From NCBI GenBank assembly GCA_963706595.1, contig OY970166.1, positions 1,856,001 to 1,920,000 of the forward strand: 64,000 nt of DNA. Reading direction: 5' to 3'. Below, piece after piece: positions 1-10,160 of the stretch; position 1 is the first letter of the stretch; each line of letters begins with the position of its first letter. The translations under genes and the position numbers were made by a program. This DNA comes from an uncultured cyanobacterium. Its GTDB lineage: Bacteria > Cyanobacteriota > Cyanobacteriia > Cyanobacteriales > Nostocaceae. Below the pieces are notes generated by a model. That model saw nothing but the letters and a program-made list of their open reading frames with translations. It was not told the DNA's origin and did no database searches.

Positions 1-599
1 TCTGTGACGTATCCAATCGCTGCATTCAAACCAACCACACCCATAATCACGATAGCATCTATCATCCCGCCAGTTACAAGGGCAATTCCCGCCGCCGCCC
101 CTAGTAACGCAACTGGCAAAGATTTAAACTGGTCAATTAAAATATTTGCAGAGGAACGGGTTGGGATTGCAGATAAGATATTATAACCATATTGAGTGAG
201 ATTTATTGTGGCAGACTCATCAGATAATCCTGATGTTTTGGAAGTATTTAATGTATCTATAACTCTATCTACTGTAATTAAATGCCAATTATCGCTTTTT
301 TGCTCTTTGGGATTCTGATTTTTTAAAGATTTTGGCAGGTTTTTGGTTTGAGATAAAGTAGACTTTTTCTGATAATTTTTGACAGTTTTATCAATGAGTA
401 AGCCGATGTTCTGCCAGCTATGTTCAGCTTTGAAACTAACCAGAATATTACTCGTTAATGAATTAGCGCAAACATACAATATTTCTGGGTAATTGGCAAG
501 CGATCGCTCCAAATATCGAGCTAAAGATGGTGAATGATAAAGTTGATTAACTTTGTATCTAGCTCTCCCTTTAACTTTAGTGTGTATTGCTTGAATCAC
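1..599 (-). CDS. Cation-transporting P-type ATPase, N-terminal part (runs off window start); not in ORF track
   Basis: Manual translation from GTG at 599 (AGGAG upstream): MIQAIHTKVKGRARYKV...WHLITVDRVIDTLNTSKTSGLSDESA...QYGYN...DQFKSLPVALL...DAIVIMGVVGLNAAIGYVTE, i.e. HMA2-like domain, cation-ATPase N-terminus and TM1-2. Confidence 0.85.
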   Translation of the reverse strand, partial: MIQAIHTKVKGRARYKVNQLYHSPSLARYLERSLANYPEILYVCANSLTSNILVSFKAEHSWQNIGLLIDKTVKNYQKKSTLSQTKNLPKSLKNQNPKEQKSDNWHLITVDRVIDTLNTSKTSGLSDESATINLTQYGYNILSAIPTRSSANILIDQFKSLPVALLGAAAGIALVTGGMIDAIVIMGVVGLNAAIGYVT

Positions 600-657
600 A
601 GCAATTTTTTCTCCTGTAACGCCCCTATAAACTCAGCCTATTTTATTTATTTTAACT

Positions 658-911
658 TATAGGACTCATATTTGATTTATGAAACACAAGTAGGGTGTGT
701 TCTCACGAAGTGGAACGCACCAAGACCACAGAAGACGGTGCGTAAAGCCATAACACACCCTACTGGCGTGACAAGGCTAAAATGTTGCAATAGATTTTTG
801 AGAAAATCGAGATAAATCAATGTTGTCTGCTTTTTCCTAATGCCCCATTTTAAGCTTGCCACGCTACTACATATACTTAGATTTTTTCAATAATCAAATC
901 GGATTCCTATA
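658..911. mobile_element. Composite MITE-like element (outer TIR shell, GTAG-type REP palindrome, nested 105-bp IR element at 763-867)
   Basis: Ends TATAGGACTCATATTTGATT...AATCAAATCGGATTCCTATA; related copies at 32640-32741, 40961-41052, 56540-56678, 58797-58923, 61924-62304. Confidence 0.75.
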
Positions 912-1006
912 TATGCTCAATCATTATTATAGTTACCAGATTCAACCTGATGAATACGTCAACGATTAAAACTTGCAAAACCTCACTATTCCTATAGTAT
1001 ACTTAC

Positions 1007-1552
1007 CTAATCTTTGGGTAAGCTTACTAATTTTAACTCGTCTTGATTATTAAGTTTCACAAAGCTATAAAAAGCAAACCATGCCAATATATACCAGGGA
1101 ATTTCTGCAAATTGCCAACCCTGTTTTAGCAATTGTCGAATAGCAAATAAACTCAAACTTAGAGGCACTAGCAACCGCAAATCTACAACACCATTTGTCA
1201 TTCTATCAACATCGGCATTCAAATCAGACATGACATTTACAAAATCCTGAGCCACCGAGGATCTACCATCTGTCAAATACTTCTGGGTAGTTTTATGCTG
1301 AAAACTCTGCCGTGTTTCTGGCGTAAAATTGGTATTTACTTCTGCTGCCTTATTTTCCAATTCCTCAATTGCTTCTCCAACTACTTCTTGACACCTTTCA
1401 AATAAAGCCATACCCTCTTTTATACTACTTCTGATGACAGGTTGTTTTACAGCTTCAGCAACAGGAATAATTAGAGGTGAGAAAATTATTGTTACCAGAC
1501 TATCGACAATTTCAGGGACATTAACTTGTTGCCAGTCGAAGGTAGATGTCAT
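1007..1552 (-). CDS. DUF5132-like membrane protein often found beside cyanobacterial P-type ATPases
   Basis: ORF with SPLIIPVAEAVKQPVIRSSIKEGMALFE motif and C-terminal DLRLLVPL...IPWY..WFAF segment; start chosen at MTSTF. Confidence 0.55.
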   Translation of the reverse strand: MTSTFDWQQVNVPEIVDSLVTIIFSPLIIPVAEAVKQPVIRSSIKEGMALFERCQEVVGEAIEELENKAAEVNTNFTPETRQSFQHKTTQKYLTDGRSSVAQDFVNVMSDLNADVDRMTNGVVDLRLLVPLSLSLFAIRQLLKQGWQFAEIPWYILAWFAFYSFVKLNNQDELKLVSLPKD

Positions 1553-1738
1553 CTGTAAATTTTCTCCGCAAGTAGGGCATCCATATATCAAGATTGATTA
1601 AATTTACTTTGATTTACATCAGCCTAAAGTCGCAAAATCAGATCCTATGTGGTTATTTTCGATGTAGTTTCTCCCTGGCAAACAACGGTTATTTTCCCCG
1701 CCTAGTGATAACATAACTTTTACAACGTCACAACTGGC

Positions 1739-1840
1739 TAGTACCGCAAGGCGGAAGTCAAAAGTCAAAAGTCAAAAAGCTTATAAAATGGGCTTTTCAT
1801 CGATTTTGAATGGTCTGTTTATTTACGCCGACTTGTACTA
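1739..1840. repeat. Small dispersed IR element containing AAGTCAA heptamers
   Basis: TAGTACCGCAAGGCG...TTTACGCCGACTTGTACTA; degenerate copy at ~23105-23226. Confidence 0.55.
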
Positions 1841-1877
1841 GGTTCAGTCCACTGCATAGCGTTGTTATCCTGCAAGG

Positions 1878-2189
1878 CTACCTTTGTGATTTCCGCCAAC
1901 CATTGGCGATCGCCTCTGACTCTGTACAAAACCACCTTTCTCCACGGGCTGGATTGATCACTGTTGATTCATAATATTTCATACCTGGAAGGTGATAGAT
2001 TTTACTACCTGTCTTCATGGAGATATTACCTTTGATATTGCATTCTGATTTTTTGTCTAATTTTTTAATTGATGTAATCAGAGAAGGAGAAGGACTAGGA
2101 CTTGACTTCATTGTAGGAAGGGCAACTACAAGCAAAATCCCGATAATAACAAAATTTGTGAATAGACCTTTCTTAATAAAAAGTTCCAT
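1878..2189 (-). CDS. Small membrane-anchored protein with CxIKGNI..KIYH..GERWFC.E.EA..GWR domain (also found at the C-terminus of thermonuclease/cold-shock fusions)
   Basis: N-terminal hydrophobic helix plus the conserved motif. Confidence 0.7.
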   Translation of the reverse strand: MELFIKKGLFTNFVIIGILLVVALPTMKSSPSPSPSLITSIKKLDKKSECNIKGNISMKTGSKIYHLPGMKYYESTVINPARGERWFCTESEAIANGWRKSQR

Positions 2190-2638
2190 GAAATAACCTC
2201 ATAAGGATTAAGTAAATTGGCGAGAATAAAGGTAACTATGTAAAGTAATGTAAAAATATGGTAATTTAGCTCGTAGTAATTGCTCTCAGCCCTTAATTCA
2301 GGACTAAAGTCCTGACTACAAACCTTTTACCTCTAGGGGTATACATGGAAAAAATAACATTTAGCAGAATTATACCTCTAGACTCAGGTAATTAATCACA
2401 AACATCCTTAATACTAATAAGAGGCTTTATAGCAATTATCCAAAATCGAGCCAGAAACATAAATTAATTCTAAGTTTCTTCATAATGAATTAAGAATTGC
2501 TATTACTAGCTTTTGGAGATTATGCCTAGTAATTTTTCCCAATGAAACCGAGCAAAGTTTTGATTACAAACTCGCTGCTCCATAGAATTTAAACTTCAAA
2601 GATGATTAGTCTAGAAAAGTGAGATACATAAAAGAATC

Positions 2639-3088
2639 ATGACAACTTCTACACACCGAGAGCAACAAATTCAAAAACTGCGTGAACTGATTGCAGATAT
2701 TAACTGTGGGATGTTAACCACAATTGATCAAAATGGCTGTTTGCACAGTTGTCCCATGTACAAAAGCGGTGATATTAGCACCGATGGCGCAATCTGCTTC
2801 TTTACCTCCGCCAATACTCAAAAAGCGAATGATATTAAACGCAATCAGCAGGTAAACATTAGTTTCACATCACCTGACCAGCAGCGATATGTTTCCGTAT
2901 CAGGTACAGCAGAACTGATTAAAGACTCTAACAAAATGCAAGAACAATGGCAACCAGAACTTGATACTTGGCTACCCAAAGGACTAGAGGAACCCGACTT
3001 AGTTTTACTCCAAGTAAATATTCACAAAGTAGATTATTGGGATACTCCATCAAGCATTCACCCCCAAACCATTGGAGTTAATTCCTGA
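2639..3088 (+). CDS. Pyridoxamine 5'-phosphate oxidase-like / general stress protein 26 family
   Basis: CGMLTT...LHSCPM, YVSVSGTA, W.P...W.P.G.E.P, YWD motifs. Confidence 0.85.
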   Translation: MTTSTHREQQIQKLRELIADINCGMLTTIDQNGCLHSCPMYKSGDISTDGAICFFTSANTQKANDIKRNQQVNISFTSPDQQRYVSVSGTAELIKDSNKMQEQWQPELDTWLPKGLEEPDLVLLQVNIHKVDYWDTPSSIHPQTIGVNS

Positions 3089-3151
3089 TAAATCCATCGT
3101 CAATTCGCTTCGCTCCAATTCAAAATACACAAATCGAAAAACCTTTCATTT

Positions 3152-3336
3152 AGGTAGGGTGTGTTATGGACTTTAGTCCTAACGCACCGATATAGCTGGG
3201 GAGTAGGGAGTAGGGAGTGGGGAGTGGGTTAAAAGCCGAATGGTGTCTAAGTTTGATTATCCGTTGATGTCTTAACCTCCTTGGCGGTTGCTATAATTTA
3301 GGATGGTGCGTTGCGCTGCGCGACAACACACCCTAC
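3152..3336. repeat. GTAG-type REP-like element with internal GGGAGT(A/G) STRR
   Basis: GTAGGGTGTGTT...AACACACCCTAC inverted ends, four GGGAGTR heptamers inside. Confidence 0.6.
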
Positions 3337-3368
3337 AAAAAAAGGATTGGGAAGAAACGCATAGGGAA

Positions 3369-3839
3369 TCAAACGCTCACAGGCGCTTCCCTGGTATAGC
3401 GTCCCATTAGTTCTACAGCTTCTAAAATGTGACCTTTCATAGCTGCCAACAGTTCAGTTTTGCTCGCCCTTGGTGGCAATCCTAATAATTGATCAAGGGC
3501 GTAGAGTTTAAAAAAGTAGCGATGGGTTCCATCAGGTGGACAGGGACCACCATAACCCAACTCACCAAAATCATTTACCCCCTGAACACCGCCATGAGGT
3601 AAATGAGGCTCTTTTGTGATTCCTTCTGGTAGGTGACGCAGATTAGCAGGTAAATCGTAGACTACCCAGTGCGTGAAAGTTTCTTTGGGAGCATCAGGAT
3701 CTTCCATTACCAATGCAAAACTGACTGTCCCTGGGGGGGGACTATCCCAAGCTAGGGGAGGGGCAATATTTTCGCCATCGCAAGTGTATTTGAAGGGAAT
3801 TGTACTGCCGATGAAAAAAGCCAGGCTTTGAAGTTCCAT
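3369..3839 (-). CDS. YbhB/YbcL family (PEBP/Raf kinase inhibitor-like) protein
   Basis: YTCDGEN.PPL.W, DPDAP..FTHW, GYGGPCPP..HRYFF motifs. Confidence 0.92.
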   Translation of the reverse strand: MELQSLAFFIGSTIPFKYTCDGENIAPPLAWDSPPPGTVSFALVMEDPDAPKETFTHWVVYDLPANLRHLPEGITKEPHLPHGGVQGVNDFGELGYGGPCPPDGTHRYFFKLYALDQLLGLPPRASKTELLAAMKGHILEAVELMGRYTREAPVSV

Positions 3840-3853
3840 AAGCGATGAATAAT

Positions 3854-4072
3854 TTAGTTTTTTTGGTTTAGTTCTAGTTCACCTTGGGGATAAGAATGTT
3901 CTATCTGTTGGTTTAAACTTTGGGCCATCTCCACGGCGACAAGAATTAATTGCTGTTCCATGCGTCCACTGCTGCCTTCATCACTGACTTTTGGGTAAAT
4001 ATGCGGGTTGGATAGCATGGCGGCTAACAACTGAGATGCCGTTTGTTTGAGTTGATCAACTTGTGAGTTCAT
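3854..4072 (-). CDS. Hypothetical small protein
   Basis: ORF within operon; AGGA upstream of ATG at 4072. Confidence 0.6.
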   Translation of the reverse strand: MNSQVDQLKQTASQLLAAMLSNPHIYPKVSDEGSSGRMEQQLILVAVEMAQSLNQQIEHSYPQGELELNQKN

Positions 4073-4082
4073 AGGCTTATTC

Positions 4083-4705
4083 CTACCAGCCCAATGGCGG
4101 TTCAATCATGGTCTGCTCTGACTTACCAGCCCGAACGCCTGGCTTATCAAAAATCTTGACGGTGGTGGCTTGGGTCCTTCTTCGCCTTCTACAAAGGAAA
4201 AATGCACGGCTGTGCCAATTTCTAAGCGCTCAAAGTCATGATGGATCACACTGTTACGGTGGAAGTAGATTTCATGACCGTCCAAAGTTTTCAAGAAGCC
4301 ATAGCCTCGATCTTTAAACAGTTTGGTGATTAGTGCGGTTGTTTCCTCCCCTTCTTCTTGATTGTGAGCGTAATCGCTTTCATGTTGGCGTTGGTTGAGT
4401 TTGACTAGTTGCTGACGCGCGGCATTGAAAGTATCTCGAATCACCGCGTCTAAAGGGTCGTATTGGTTACTTTCTGAGGGATTTCTTTCTGCTACCAGTT
4501 CGTGACCAGGCGGTACAGTCAGATCAATCCGCACGCGGTAAGGTGAACCACTGCGGGGGCGATCATGTACCTTTTCAATGGCAATATGGCAGCTACTGAT
4601 GCGATCGCAAACATTTTCTAGTTTGGCGATTTTTTCATGTACTAGGTGATCAATCGCAGTTGTTTTTTCAAGATTGCGATAAGTAATTTCTGGTGGTATT
4701 TTCAT
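4083..4705 (-). CDS. HPF/RaiA ribosome-associated protein fused to a cold-shock domain; 1-nt deletion near 4172
   Basis: EITYRN..., YRVRIDLTVPPGHELVA, GYGFL..DG.EIYFHRNSV; adding one C restores GPQATTVKIFDKPG...EPPLGW-stop at 4083. Confidence 0.85.
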
Positions 4706-4774
4706 ATTTTTGTCAGATTCCAAATAGGCTATGGGCGAAAATCAATTTTGATATTCCCAAAGGCCAAAGCTGAT

Positions 4775-5437
4775 TTAGGTAAGAGATAATGGTTGATGGC
4801 TGTTTTGGGCTTTTGCTAGCAGCTGACGAACTTGATCATCTGTTGTTTGGGGAAAGTCTTCGTACCATAAACCCACACTATAAAAGGGGTCGGGTGTGGC
4901 AACGCAGACAATTTCATCCACCGCAACTTGTAACTCTTGGCAAGTGGCGCTAGCCGCTACGGGTACAGCAATGACAATTTTCGCGGGGTGCTGTCGCCGC
5001 ACAGATGCTACCGCCGCCCACATAGTTGCACCTGTGGCTAAACCATCATCTACTAAGATGACTATGCGTCCTTCTAAATCCAGGTCAGCGCGATCGCCTC
5101 GATAAAGACGTTCCCGACGTTCTAATTCTCGTTCTTCTTGCGCCGCTACTCTAGCAATTGTGTCTTCGGAGATGTTCACCAAGTTGATAATATGTTCATT
5201 AATAATCCGGACTCCGCCGGATGCGATCGCCCCCATTGCCAGTTCTTCTTGTTCAGGCACACCCAGTTTACGCACCACCAGCACATCTAAGGGTGCATTT
5301 AAGGCTTTGGCAACTTCAAAGGCAACTGGTACACCACCCCTGGGTAGAGCTAATATGATCGCATCTGAGCGATTAGCATAGTCTGCTAACTCTCCGGCTA
5401 AAATTTGACCTGCTATTATGCGATTTTTGAATAGCAT
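4775..5437 (-). CDS. Phosphoribosyltransferase family protein
   Basis: LALPRGGVPV, VRKLGVP, PRPP-binding loop VILVDDGLATGAT. Confidence 0.92.
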   Translation of the reverse strand: MLFKNRIIAGQILAGELADYANRSDAIILALPRGGVPVAFEVAKALNAPLDVLVVRKLGVPEQEELAMGAIASGGVRIINEHIINLVNISEDTIARVAAQEERELERRERLYRGDRADLDLEGRIVILVDDGLATGATMWAAVASVRRQHPAKIVIAVPVAASATCQELQVAVDEIVCVATPDPFYSVGLWYEDFPQTTDDQVRQLLAKAQNSHQPLSLT

Positions 5438-5770
5438 GGTATTACTCTCCTGATATTTGTCTCAAAAATGAGGTTTTATATATTAACGGGCAATTTTTCC
5501 TCTAGATTTATTTCAGTGCCTAACTAGTGATGGTTACTCATACCAGTCATCCAGTCTTGCTACTATCTCTTAATTGATCATATAAAGCTATACATTAAAT
5601 GACCTCTGACTAACGAGGCGAGATCATCAATCTACCGATCTATCGAATGGAAGATATCCAGAAAATACAGAACCTCACCCCCAACCCCTCTCCTTAGTAA
5701 GGAGAGGGGAGACTTTGACGCAAGTCAAAGACGGGGTGAGGTCAATTCTCTACTCCTGATTCCCATGGAC

Positions 5771-6364
5771 TTACGGACGTTCTTCAATTACACGGTCAAT
5801 TAAACCGTATTCTTTGGCTTCAGCAGCAGACATGAAAAAGTCACGATCCATATCTTTTTCAATCTTAGATATATCCTGACCAGTCTTATCAGCATAAATA
5901 CCGTTTAGCTGGTGACGAATTCGCAGAATTTCTCTAGCTTCAATTTCGATATCGCTGGCTTGTCCACGAGTACCACCAGAGGGCTGGTGAATCATAATCC
6001 GAGAATGAGGCAATGCCATTCTTTTACCCTTGGTACCGGCTGCTAACAGGAATGATCCCATTGAGGCGGCTAAACCGACGCAAATTGTCACCACATCTGA
6101 TTTGATGTGTTGCATGGTGTCAAAAATTGCCATGCCGGATGTCACCATACCACCGGGGGAATTTATGTATAAATAAATATCCTTACCTGGATCATCTGAA
6201 TCCAGATACAGCATGACCGCGATAATTTGGTTAGCAATTTCATCATCAACATCTCGTCCCAGGAAAATAATCCGTTCCCGGTAAAGGCGATCGTAAATAC
6301 TAATCCAATCTGTATATTGTCCTCCGGGCATCCGGTAAGGAACTTTAGGAACACCTATAGGCAT
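5771..6364 (-). CDS. clpP3: ATP-dependent Clp protease proteolytic subunit ClpP3
   Basis: [10 protein letters not shown] start, INSPGG, AASMG (Ser), IMIHQP (His), DRD; lies downstream of clpR. Confidence 0.9.
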   Translation of the reverse strand: MPIGVPKVPYRMPGGQYTDWISIYDRLYRERIIFLGRDVDDEIANQIIAVMLYLDSDDPGKDIYLYINSPGGMVTSGMAIFDTMQHIKSDVVTICVGLAASMGSFLLAAGTKGKRMALPHSRIMIHQPSGGTRGQASDIEIEAREILRIRHQLNGIYADKTGQDISKIEKDMDRDFFMSAAEAKEYGLIDRVIEERP

Positions 6365-6452
6365 CTTCGTTACTCCGCTTGTAATTTAGTCATTAGTCGT
6401 TAGTCATTAGTCATTGGTGAATTTCCCCAAGCAGAATGACTATCCACAGTAC

Positions 6453-7115
6453 TTAGAGAACACTGGCAGGTAAGGGGGGATTGGCGAGTTCTTCTTTCTC
6501 AAAAACTCGGTCAATCAAACCATATTCCTTGGCTTCATAAGGAGTCATGTATAACAGACGATCCATGTCCTTGGTAATTTTCTCAGGTGCTTTTCCTGTG
6601 GTACTAGCCAGAATATCAACTAAGGAAACTTTGTTGATCAGAACTTCCCTGGCTCGAATTTGAATATCCGTTGCTTGACCTTGGGCGTAGCTCTTCGGTT
6701 GATGCAGGATAATAGAGGAATGGGGCAAACTGGCGCGGCAACCTTTTGTGCCAGCACTGAGTAGCATCGCTGCCATACCCATGGCCGAACCAATACAAAT
6801 GGTGTGGATGGGAGGCTTGATGTATTTCATCGTGTCATAGATGGCGAAGGCTTCGGTTTCAAAGCCAATGGGTTCACCACTATAGCCGGAAGTACCCGTG
6901 GAGTTGATATAGATTTTAATGGGCTTTTCGGGGTCTTCGGACTGTAAATAAAGCAATTCGGCAATAATTAATTCCGTAACCGCCGGCACTAATGGCATTC
7001 CCAGATAGACAATTCGTTCCTTGATTAATAAGGAAGGTAAATCTGGCGGCGGTGTCCGGTAAAAACTATCACCTTGGTAAGGGGCTTGAACAGCCTTGAT
7101 GGGGGAATTGTCCAT
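6453..7115 (-). CDS. clpR: Non-catalytic Clp subunit ClpR
   Basis: RTPPPDLPSLL, INSTGT plus insertion, AMGM (no catalytic Ser). Confidence 0.9.
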   Translation of the reverse strand: MDNSPIKAVQAPYQGDSFYRTPPPDLPSLLIKERIVYLGMPLVPAVTELIIAELLYLQSEDPEKPIKIYINSTGTSGYSGEPIGFETEAFAIYDTMKYIKPPIHTICIGSAMGMAAMLLSAGTKGCRASLPHSSIILHQPKSYAQGQATDIQIRAREVLINKVSLVDILASTTGKAPEKITKDMDRLLYMTPYEAKEYGLIDRVFEKEELANPPLPASVL

Positions 7116-7199
7116 AGCAACTGATCGCCTGAAAGTATGCCGTTAACTGTAATACATCCTAACGCGATGCTAGCCTACATCAAGTGTGGATTTCTCGCT

Positions 7200-7375
7200 A
7201 ATTGGTCATTAGTCATTAGTCATTGGTCATTAGTCATTGGTCATTGGGAAGTTACCGTCTTCTCCCCACTGCACCCTGCACCCTGCCCCCCTGCCTCTTT
7301 CCCCCCTGCACCCCTGCCTCTTTCCCCCCTGCACCCTGCACCCTGCCCCCCTGCCTCTTCTTCCCCACTCCCCAT
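7200..7375. repeat. STRR tandem heptamers (TT(G/A)GTCA) followed by CCCTGCA/CCCCTGC tandem repeats
   Basis: Visible tandem repeats; similar STRRs at ~6386-6418, 35638-35664, 54610-54640, 58838-58868. Confidence 0.85.
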
Positions 7376-7452
7376 TGCTCTAATTTTTCCGTAGTGCTGA
7401 TGTGGCGTTTTGAAGTTATTTATATAAATATGCTAACTAGGAATTTTTGGTT

Positions 7453-8709
7453 ATGAAGGTCAATTTGCAGCCTACCTTGAATGATGGTAATTTGGACGCG
7501 CATCAACCGAGCAGTCAACGTCAGTTGGCAATGTCGATTTCGGCGATCGCGGAAATTGAAGACCGTAATATTCCACTGAATTTATGCTTAATTTTAGATC
7601 ATAGTGGTTCAATGCATGGGCGACCTCTCGAAACTGTGAAGCAAGCGGCTATTGGTTTAGTTGATAAACTCAAGCCAGGCGATCGCCTCAGTGTTGTCGC
7701 TTTTGATCACCGTGCTAAAGTCTTAGTCCCTAATCAAACCATCGCCAACCCAGAAAAAATTAAAAAACAAATTAACAGCCTAGCCGCCGATGGTGGGACG
7801 GCAATTGATGAAGGTTTACGTTTGGGCATAGAGGAATTAGCCAAGGGCAAAAAAGAAACTGTTTCTCAAGCCTTTTTATTAACTGATGGCGAAAATGAAC
7901 ACGGTGATAACCAACGCTGTTTAAAGTTTGCTCAACTGGCGACTGGCTATAATTTGACTTTGAACACGTTAGGATTTGGTGACAAATGGAATCAGGATAT
8001 TTTAGAAAAAATCGCTGATGCTGGCTTAGGTAGTTTGTCCCACATTCAAAAACCGGAACAAGCCGCAGATGAGTTTAACCGCCTGTTTAGCCGAGTGCAA
8101 ACAGTGGGATTAACCAATGCTTATTTGCTGATTTCCCTGATGCCTCATATCCGGCTAGCGGAACTCAAACCTATTGCCCAAGTTTCCCCAGACACGATTG
8201 AGTTACCCATACAGCCAGAAGCCGATGGACGTTTTGCTGTGCGCTTGGGTGATTTAATGAAAGATGCAGAGCGGGTGATATTGGCTAATATTTATCTGGG
8301 ACAGTTGCCAGAAGGTAAACAGGCGATCGCTCATGTCCAAGTCCGCTACGATGACCCGGCTCAAAATAAAATGGGTTTATTGACAGATAAAATCCCCGTG
8401 TATGCCAATGTGACTGGGGTTTACCAACCAGAGGTAGATTCGGGTGTGCAACAGTCTATTTTGGCCTTAGCCAAATACAGACAAACCCAGTTAGCTGAGG
8501 CAAAATTGCAACAGGGCGATCGCGCCGGTGCGGCGACAATGTTGCAAACTGCGGCGAAAACTGCTCTGCAAATGGGGGATCACAGTGCGGCGACAGTGTT
8601 ACAGACCAATGCTACTCAACTTCAATCTGGTGGTGACTTATCGGATAGCGATCGCAAGAAAACCAGAATTGTCTCAAAAACCGTGTTGCAAGATACTCCT
8701 CACCAATGA
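7453..8709 (+). CDS. von Willebrand factor A domain protein (paralog 1)
   Basis: MIDAS DHSGS, GGT, LLTDG. Confidence 0.9.
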   Translation: MKVNLQPTLNDGNLDAHQPSSQRQLAMSISAIAEIEDRNIPLNLCLILDHSGSMHGRPLETVKQAAIGLVDKLKPGDRLSVVAFDHRAKVLVPNQTIANPEKIKKQINSLAADGGTAIDEGLRLGIEELAKGKKETVSQAFLLTDGENEHGDNQRCLKFAQLATGYNLTLNTLGFGDKWNQDILEKIADAGLGSLSHIQKPEQAADEFNRLFSRVQTVGLTNAYLLISLMPHIRLAELKPIAQVSPDTIELPIQPEADGRFAVRLGDLMKDAERVILANIYLGQLPEGKQAIAHVQVRYDDPAQNKMGLLTDKIPVYANVTGVYQPEVDSGVQQSILALAKYRQTQLAEAKLQQGDRAGAATMLQTAAKTALQMGDHSAATVLQTNATQLQSGGDLSDSDRKKTRIVSKTVLQDTPHQ

Positions 8710-10013
8710 AAGTTCAATTGCTCTGTGCCTTAAATGATACTAATGTTGATGCGGCTCAATCGAGCAACCAACGTCAACTATCTATTTCAATTTCTGCACT
8801 CGCTGGTGAATTTGATCAACATTTGCCACTCAACTTATGCTTAATTCTCGATCAGAGTGGTTCGATGCATGGTCAACCCATCGCCACAGTAATTCAGGCC
8901 GTAGAGCAATTATTAGATCGGCTACAGCCCAGTGATGGCGAAACGCCCACCTCCGGCGACCGCATTTCGGTTGTAGCTTTTTCTGGTTCAGCCCAAGTGA
9001 TTATCCCCAACCAAAAAGTCCAAGACCTCGAAGGTATTAAAGCCCAGATTAAAAAGAAACTCAAAGCTAGCGGCGGTACGGCAATTGCCGAGGGTTTACA
9101 ACTGGGAATCACAGAACTGATGAAAGGGACAAAAGGAGCAGTTTCCCAAGCATTTTTACTCACAGATGGTCATGGTGAAAGCAGTTTACGGATTTGGAAA
9201 TTTGAACTTGGCAAAGATGACAATAAGCGCTGTCTAGAATTTGCCCACAGAGCGACTAAAATCAACCTGACTATCAACACCCTTGGTTTTGGTAATGATT
9301 GGAACCAGGATTTATTGGAAAAAATTGCTGATGCCGGAGGTGGCACTCTCGCCTACATTGAGCGTCCTGAACAAGCATTAGACCAGTTTCGTCATTTATT
9401 GCGGCGCATCCAGTCTGTGCGGCTCACCAATGCCTATCTGTTGCTATCTTTGGTTCCTCATGTCCGCCTAGCAGAATTTAAACCCATTGCCCAAGTTGCC
9501 CCAGACACCATTGAGTTAGAAGTGCAAACAGAAACTCATGGCGGCTTTGCCGTGCGCTTGGGTGATTTAATGCAAGATATGGAACGGGTAGTTTTGGCGA
9601 ATATTTATCTGGGACAATTACCAGAAGGTAAACAAGTCATCGGACATTTACAAATCCGCTACGATGATCCATCTGTGAACCAACAGGACTTAGTGTCGCC
9701 GATGGTAGCGATATATGCAGATGTGGTCAAGCCCTATCAACCTGCGCTCAATCCCTCAGTACAACAGTCTATTTTGGCATTAGCCAAGTATCGACAAACT
9801 CAGTTAGCGGAAACCAAATTGCATCAAGGCGATCGCGCCGGTGCTGCGACAATGTTACAAACGGCTGCTAAAACCGCCTTACAAATAGGAGATCAAGGTG
9901 CAGCCACAGTGTTGCAAACTTCTGCGACGCGTCTGCAAGCAGGAGAAGAACTTTCGGAAGCAGACCTCAAAAAAACGAGGATGGTATCAAAGACAGTCTT
10001 ACAAGATTCCTAA
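8706..10013 (+). CDS. von Willebrand factor A domain protein (paralog 2)
   Basis: MIDAS DQSGS, GGT, LLTDG; ATGA overlap with paralog 1. Confidence 0.9.
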   Translation: MKVQLLCALNDTNVDAAQSSNQRQLSISISALAGEFDQHLPLNLCLILDQSGSMHGQPIATVIQAVEQLLDRLQPSDGETPTSGDRISVVAFSGSAQVIIPNQKVQDLEGIKAQIKKKLKASGGTAIAEGLQLGITELMKGTKGAVSQAFLLTDGHGESSLRIWKFELGKDDNKRCLEFAHRATKINLTINTLGFGNDWNQDLLEKIADAGGGTLAYIERPEQALDQFRHLLRRIQSVRLTNAYLLLSLVPHVRLAEFKPIAQVAPDTIELEVQTETHGGFAVRLGDLMQDMERVVLANIYLGQLPEGKQVIGHLQIRYDDPSVNQQDLVSPMVAIYADVVKPYQPALNPSVQQSILALAKYRQTQLAETKLHQGDRAGAATMLQTAAKTALQIGDQGAATVLQTSATRLQAGEELSEADLKKTRMVSKTVLQDS

Positions 10014-10160
10014 GCGTAGGGTGGGCATCTTTTTTGCCTACCCTTTCAATTCATGGTGTTGTTCATGGAGCTATACAGCAAGAATTATTCGACCACAGAT
10101 ATACACTTGGATACAAATGTACTGCTATACTCCGCAAGGTATTATATTTTTTCCCTGACC

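Noticed and set aside
7137..7456. Short ORFs with repetitive WSLVI/PAPC sequence
   Set aside because: Translations of intergenic STRR repeats
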